Origin: an uncultured Clostridia bacterium
GTDB lineage: Bacteria; Bacillota; Clostridia; TANB77; CAG-508
Direction of reading: 5' to 3'
NCBI GenBank assembly: GCA_947627555.1
Contig: CANQWL010000001.1
Location: 1-41,032, forward strand
DNA: 41,032 nucleotides
Shown piece by piece: positions 37,416 to 41,032 of this stretch. The notes beneath the pieces are model-generated. The model worked only from the letters and a program-made list of their open reading frames with translations. It did not search any database and was not told the DNA's origin. The translations under genes and the position numbers were made by a program. Numbering within the stretch: position 1 is the first letter of the stretch; the number at the start of each line of letters is the position of its first letter.

Positions 37416-37835
37416 CTATTGCAATATAATATAAGAAAAATTATAATCACCTCTTATTGTAATTGTAACAGTATTGTCATTAGTAATAAAAGCCTTTTCA
37501 AAAGAAGCGACATTATTAAAAACTCCTCCTCTTAAATCACTAGATAATTCTATAGAATTTGTTGCCGTTATAGTGTATATAGAAGATACAATAATTATTT
37601 GTCCTTTTTCAACATTAAGTGTTGTACCTGATGCAACCTCATTTCCAGTTGCTACGATGGATATATTTTTATTATAAAGTTCATTTAATGCTTGCTCTAC
37701 AGTTTTACCATCTTTATATATAACTTGACTTGCTAAATATTGATATGATGTAAAAGCTGTTCCACAGATACAGATAATTCCAATTATAAATGCAATTATT
37801 ATTATCTTTTTATTTTTTTTTATGAATTTTTTCAT
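37416..37835 (-). CDS. small N-terminally anchored surface protein
   Basis: 139 aa with a basic N-terminus plus one TM, then ..VIYKDGKTVEQALNELY.., a segment type I associate with surface or fibre proteins of Firmicutes, and a beta-rich remainder. Confidence 0.5.
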   Translation of the reverse strand: MKKFIKKNKKIIIIAFIIGIICICGTAFTSYQYLASQVIYKDGKTVEQALNELYNKNISIVATGNEVASGTTLNVEKGQIIIVSSIYTITATNSIELSSDLRGGVFNNVASFEKAFITNDNTVTITIRGDYNFSYIILQ

Positions 37836-38037
37836 ATTTTTATTATCCTTTCAATCTTTAATATTTCAAATATAAAATTTAATAAAATTTTATATTTTTA
37901 TTCCTACAAATTATTTTTTTATTGCTATATAAACAATCTAATGTTTATTTAACGTTTTCTACATTTTAATTTGAATTTTCTGAAATAAAGTAAACATCTT
38001 TAGCAAAAACTTTTTTATTTTTATTTGTAATAAACTA

Positions 38038-38688
38038 TTATATATTAAATCCTATTATTTTATATGGAATTATATGGCTATCTGTTCCTGGAAACTCTGT
38101 CAAAGTGCTAGTTCCAGAATTTAGCATACAAGAGCTATTTCCGAATGTTAATTGATTTCTATCTATATTTTTTACTTCTAAAAAACATGGATACCATAAT
38201 CCTATTTCCAAAGTACAAATCTGGTCTACTGGTATTAATCCTGTAGAAGAAAAATTAGAATTTGTAATATTATGACCTGTTGCAAATTTAAAAATTATTT
38301 CATAATAATTATAATTATTAATATCATCTATTAAAGTTACAGTTCTAGCAGAAAAAGTACTTAAGTCATCATTTGTCCATAGAATTCTACTATTATTTCC
38401 ATTGTTTCTATTTATATTATTTCCACTTCCAACTATTTCGTTAATTTTATTTTCATAATCACCTAAAATTTCATTTTCTTCTACTTGTGCTTGGTCTGTT
38501 TTATTTTTTGCTAATTCTGCTTTTTTTACTATTCCATCTTCTCCTGTCAAAAGACCGATTGAAACTCCTGCTAATATTAATAATATTATAATTGTTATAA
38601 TTAATGCTATCATTGTTATTCCTTTGTTTGAAAATTTATTATTTTTCTCATTTTTTTCTTTAAAAGTTAAATTCTTTTGTTTCTTCAT
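38038..38688 (-). CDS. pilin-like protein C (prepilin-type N-terminus, variable C-domain)
   Basis: Leader identical to copy A (MKKQKNLTFKEKNEKNNKFSNKG) and the same hydrophobic block. The helix continuation EENEILGDYEN is identical to copy D, and the C-domain is unrelated to the others. Confidence 0.6.
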   Translation of the reverse strand: MKKQKNLTFKEKNEKNNKFSNKGITMIALIITIIILLILAGVSIGLLTGEDGIVKKAELAKNKTDQAQVEENEILGDYENKINEIVGSGNNINRNNGNNSRILWTNDDLSTFSARTVTLIDDINNYNYYEIIFKFATGHNITNSNFSSTGLIPVDQICTLEIGLWYPCFLEVKNIDRNQLTFGNSSCMLNSGTSTLTEFPGTDSHIIPYKIIGFNI

Positions 38689-38830
38689 TTGTTTCCTCCA
38701 TTTTTTATTAGATTGCTTTTTTCTATCTTTTAATCTAATAAAATTTTATATGATTTCTTTTACTTGTTCAAGGAATACAGCTGTTTTTGTTAATAACTTT
38801 TTTACATAATGTTTAAATAAAATTTTATAA
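38474..38830 (-). repeat. cassette repeat copy C
   Basis: See copy A. 5' hairpin at 38708-38738. Confidence 0.85.
38743..38771 (-). promoter_or_regulatory. cassette promoter C, TTGAAC-N17-TAAAAT
   Basis: -35 at 38771-38766 and -10 at 38748-38743. ACAGCTGT at 38777-38784. Confidence 0.5.
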
Positions 38831-38859
38831 AAGTATTAGATTTTTGTTAGACATATAAA

Positions 38860-38896
38860 AAATAAACAACTCTCAAAAACTGAAAGTTGTTTATTT
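38860..38896 (-). terminator. rho-independent terminator
   Basis: AAATAAACAAC (38860-38870) pairs with GTTGTTTATTT (38886-38896). On the minus strand it is followed by UUUUAUAU. Confidence 0.7.
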
Positions 38897-38899
38897 CAT

Positions 38900-38946
38900 T
38901 GGCTGAGTTGGCTAGATTCGAACTAGCGCATGCCAGAGTCAAAGTC
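38900..38946 (-). pseudogene. 3' fragment of tRNA-Gln(UUG): anticodon loop to CCA, 5' half absent
   Basis: The minus-strand reading AGACTTTGACTCTGGCATGCGCTAGTTCGAATCTAGCCAACTCAGCCA matches a Firmicute tRNA-Gln. Components: CTTTGAC loop, CATGC variable region, GCTAG-TTCGAAT-CTAGC T-arm, acceptor 3' strand, G, CCA. The complementary acceptor 5' strand (TGAGTTG) and the D-arm are not upstream. Confidence 0.6.
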
Positions 38947-39048
38947 TTACCTTTCATTGTATAAGCAGTCTAATTATACAATGTACGTAAGTGAGATTTT
39001 AGAACACAAACTCACAATAATAAAAGAGTATTTGGTGGCATATTTGAA

Positions 39049-39261
39049 ATGAATTTGTATAGGTCATTAGAAAAAGAAAATAACCATTTACACAAAATTA
39101 TTGATAAATTTTATAATACTGTTGAAAAATTTATTGATTGGATTTGTCATAAATTTGGAATTAGTGAATCTAAAGAATTAGTCAAAAATTTTGAAGAAGA
39201 AACTCGTACTTTTATTGATTCAAAAAAGCAACTTGAACATGAAGAAAGAGAAAAAGATTGA
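39049..39261 (+). CDS. small coiled-coil protein (70 aa), possibly a mobile-element remnant
   Basis: Plus-strand ORF next to the tRNA fragment. The ..LEKENNHLHKIIDKFYNTVEKFIDWICHKFG.. segment vaguely resembles the C-terminal tails of plasmid Mob/Pre relaxases. No clear RBS. Confidence 0.35.
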   Translation: MNLYRSLEKENNHLHKIIDKFYNTVEKFIDWICHKFGISESKELVKNFEEETRTFIDSKKQLEHEEREKD

Positions 39262-39278
39262 GATTTAGAAAGATAAAT

Positions 39279-39300
39279 AAAAGCACCATTTGGTGCTTTA
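39279..39300 (-). terminator. terminator after the PNPOx-like gene
   Basis: AAAGCAC and GTGCTTT form the stem. On the minus strand it is followed by UUUUAUUUAUC. Confidence 0.55.
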
Positions 39301-39312
39301 TGACTTAAAAAA

Positions 39313-39792
39313 CTAATATCCTTCTTTTAATTTATCACAAATAACATTATTTATGGATTTATTTCTTAAATTTATTATTTTTATAATCTCTTCTCTTTTT
39401 CCATTTATAATTTCAAATTTCCACATTCTACATTCTGTTAGTTCTATTTCAATAAGTACTTGATTTGGTAAATTAGTATAATTTTCATATGTTTCAAAAT
39501 GCTTTTCTTTTATTTTTTCTACAAACATTTTATTTGCACTAGGATGACCTATAATTTTAGCAATTCCTTTAAAATATACTGTATCAATATTTATAGCTAC
39601 ATTTTCATTTTCTTTAATATTTTGGATTTTTTCAAATCTATTGTCTGTTTGAATATATATTTTTAATCCATCATTTACTATACACATTTTACTTGCAGAA
39701 ACAATTCCTTTTTTATTTGCAGTTGCTAAAATTACATATTTTGTATTTTCTAATAATCTTAAAATTTTATTTATCAATTCTTGATATTCCAT
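39313..39792 (-). CDS. pyridoxamine 5'-phosphate oxidase-family (FMN-binding split-barrel) protein
   Basis: 159 aa with YVILATANKKG..SASKM and IYIQTD..F.K..NI..N..V motifs typical of the split-barrel family. Confidence 0.6.
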   Translation of the reverse strand: MEYQELINKILRLLENTKYVILATANKKGIVSASKMCIVNDGLKIYIQTDNRFEKIQNIKENENVAINIDTVYFKGIAKIIGHPSANKMFVEKIKEKHFETYENYTNLPNQVLIEIELTECRMWKFEIINGKREEIIKIINLRNKSINNVICDKLKEGY

Positions 39793-39798
39793 AACTTT

Positions 39799-40467
39799 TT
39801 ATTCCTTTATTTTTCTAGCAAATATTTTAGCTTTCCCATGATAATGTGGTTTTCCATGTGTTGTATCTTCTTTCATATATTCATTATAATAGATTATTTC
39901 AAAGTCATTAAAATAACTTTTTAATTCATTTTCCTTAAAATAATGTTTTATAAATAATGCACATTCACTTGCATTTTTAATATCTCTTACAAATCCTGGA
40001 TCTTTCTCTGTAAAAACTACAATATAAATATAACCACCTATATTAAGACTATCTTTAATTTTCTTTATTGCTTCTTGTAAATATTCGTCTTCCATATGGT
40101 CTAAAGAAGTTGACGCTAAAATAAAATCAAATTTTTCATTAATTTCTAAAGATAAAAAGTCTTTATTTTGTATATCTATATCTAAATTTAATTTTTCAGC
40201 ACTTTCATTTATCTTATTACATCCCTCAATACTTGGTTCTACTGCTACAACATTAAATCCTAATTTTGATAAATAAATAGAATTTCTACCTTCTCCTGCT
40301 CCTATATCTAGTGCTTTAGAAGGTTTAACATTGTATTTTTCAATCATTGCTTGCATTCCATCGGATTGTTGTGTGCTAAAATAATTTTCTTTTCTTCCAT
40401 AAAAATCATCAAATTTCATAATATTATACAATCCTTTATTTTTTACTATTTCTTTCTTGTTCTTCAT
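39799..40467 (-). CDS. class I SAM-dependent methyltransferase (TehB-like)
   Basis: Motif I ALDIGAGEGRNSIYL, a post-I acidic residue (VVAVEPS) and FDFILAS. The start could be the ATG at 40419 rather than 40467. Confidence 0.75.
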   Translation of the reverse strand: MKNKKEIVKNKGLYNIMKFDDFYGRKENYFSTQQSDGMQAMIEKYNVKPSKALDIGAGEGRNSIYLSKLGFNVVAVEPSIEGCNKINESAEKLNLDIDIQNKDFLSLEINEKFDFILASTSLDHMEDEYLQEAIKKIKDSLNIGGYIYIVVFTEKDPGFVRDIKNASECALFIKHYFKENELKSYFNDFEIIYYNEYMKEDTTHGKPHYHGKAKIFARKIKE

Positions 40468-41032
40468 ATAATTTCACAACTTTATTAGCATAGTCCCAAC
40501 CGACTCTATTATCATCATGAGTTTCTAAAAATTCTTTGAGTAATTCATATTGTTCTTTTCTACAAACTCCTCCTACTGTTCTTGGAATCCATTCTTTTAC
40601 ATTTACTATATGAGGCAAATAATCCGCTCCACCATCTGGTATTGCTTCAAGTCCAAAAACAATTTTATCAACTTTACATTTGATTGCCGCACCGAAACCT
40701 AATAAACAAGGCTCTAATGTGCTATATAATACTAAAGGCTTTTTTGATGAATAAACTTGTCTTTCAGCTTTCACTAAAGCCATAAAATCTCCATGTGTTA
40801 TTGGTGAATTTAATGTATATGTTAGTGTAGAAGTCTCACTAAGAATTTCATCTCCAGCAACTACTATTACTCCAATTGGTAGTTCATGTTTTTCTAACAT
40901 TCCTTTTCTTCCAACTTCTAATGCTCTTTTCATCCAATATTGTTCTTCTTCTGTACCTTCAGAATAAGTTACAATATTTTTAGCTAAATAGTCTTTATCA
41001 TAAAATTCTTTTAATAATTCATCACATTCTGT
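40436..41032 (-). CDS. cytidine/deoxycytidylate-deaminase-fold protein with degenerate zinc motifs (5' end may lie beyond the window)
   Basis: The CDA-fold layout is recognisable (MKRALEVG..G..PIG..VV, then helix, then LEPC..). However, HAE is replaced by HGD and PCxxC by PCLLG. The frame remains open to 41032. Confidence 0.55.
   Translation of the reverse strand, partial: TECDELLKEFYDKDYLAKNIVTYSEGTEEEQYWMKRALEVGRKGMLEKHELPIGVIVVAGDEILSETSTLTYTLNSPITHGDFMALVKAERQVYSSKKPLVLYSTLEPCLLGFGAAIKCKVDKIVFGLEAIPDGGADYLPHIVNVKEWIPRTVGGVCRKEQYELLKEFLETHDDNRVGWDYANKVVKLYEEQERNSKK

Noticed and set aside
38947-39020. The possibility that the tRNA-Gln is intact but interrupted by an intron, because a TGAGTTT-like string occurs about 70 nt upstream.
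   Set aside because: No D-arm or complementary anticodon-stem strand can be found. The intervening sequence has no group I intron features and is too short. A truncated fragment is the simpler reading.

Overview
Extremely AT-rich chromosomal segment that looks like a low-GC, spore-forming Firmicute of the Clostridia type (dpaA, spoIIM, tmcAL and yqeK are present). About 40 genes are present and almost all lie on the minus strand. Coordinates 1-26.8 kb are mostly housekeeping and envelope genes: uppP, dpaA, polA, yqeK, queH, ruvB, an LtaS-family enzyme, a split Alg14/Alg13-type glycosyltransferase, xerD, spoIIM, an EndoQ-like gene, rnhA, tmcAL and divergent SecD/SecF-like genes. Coordinates 26.9-38.8 kb form a surface-protein island made of three parts. 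(i) An operon with two TasA/camelysin-like beta-sandwich paralogues, a lipoprotein and a large Ig-like/ChW-like secreted protein. (ii) Four pilin-like paralogues that share a near-identical promoter, 5' leader and N-terminus but carry unrelated C-terminal domains. (iii) A sortase with an LPATG-anchored protein built from three cohesin-like modules, embedded among the pilin-like genes. No pilus assembly ATPase, platform protein, prepilin peptidase or SipW-type peptidase is visible in the window. Other notable points: three conserved genes (polA, rnhA, an APH-type kinase) each carry a single extra base; a 239-bp near-perfect palindrome lies between the xerD terminator and the next promoter; a tRNA-Gln 3' fragment at 38.9 kb looks like an integration scar; and an uncharacterised two-gene operon sits opposite a compositionally distinct divergent small gene at 11.6-13.8 kb. 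All calls rest on reading motifs by eye. No database search was possible.
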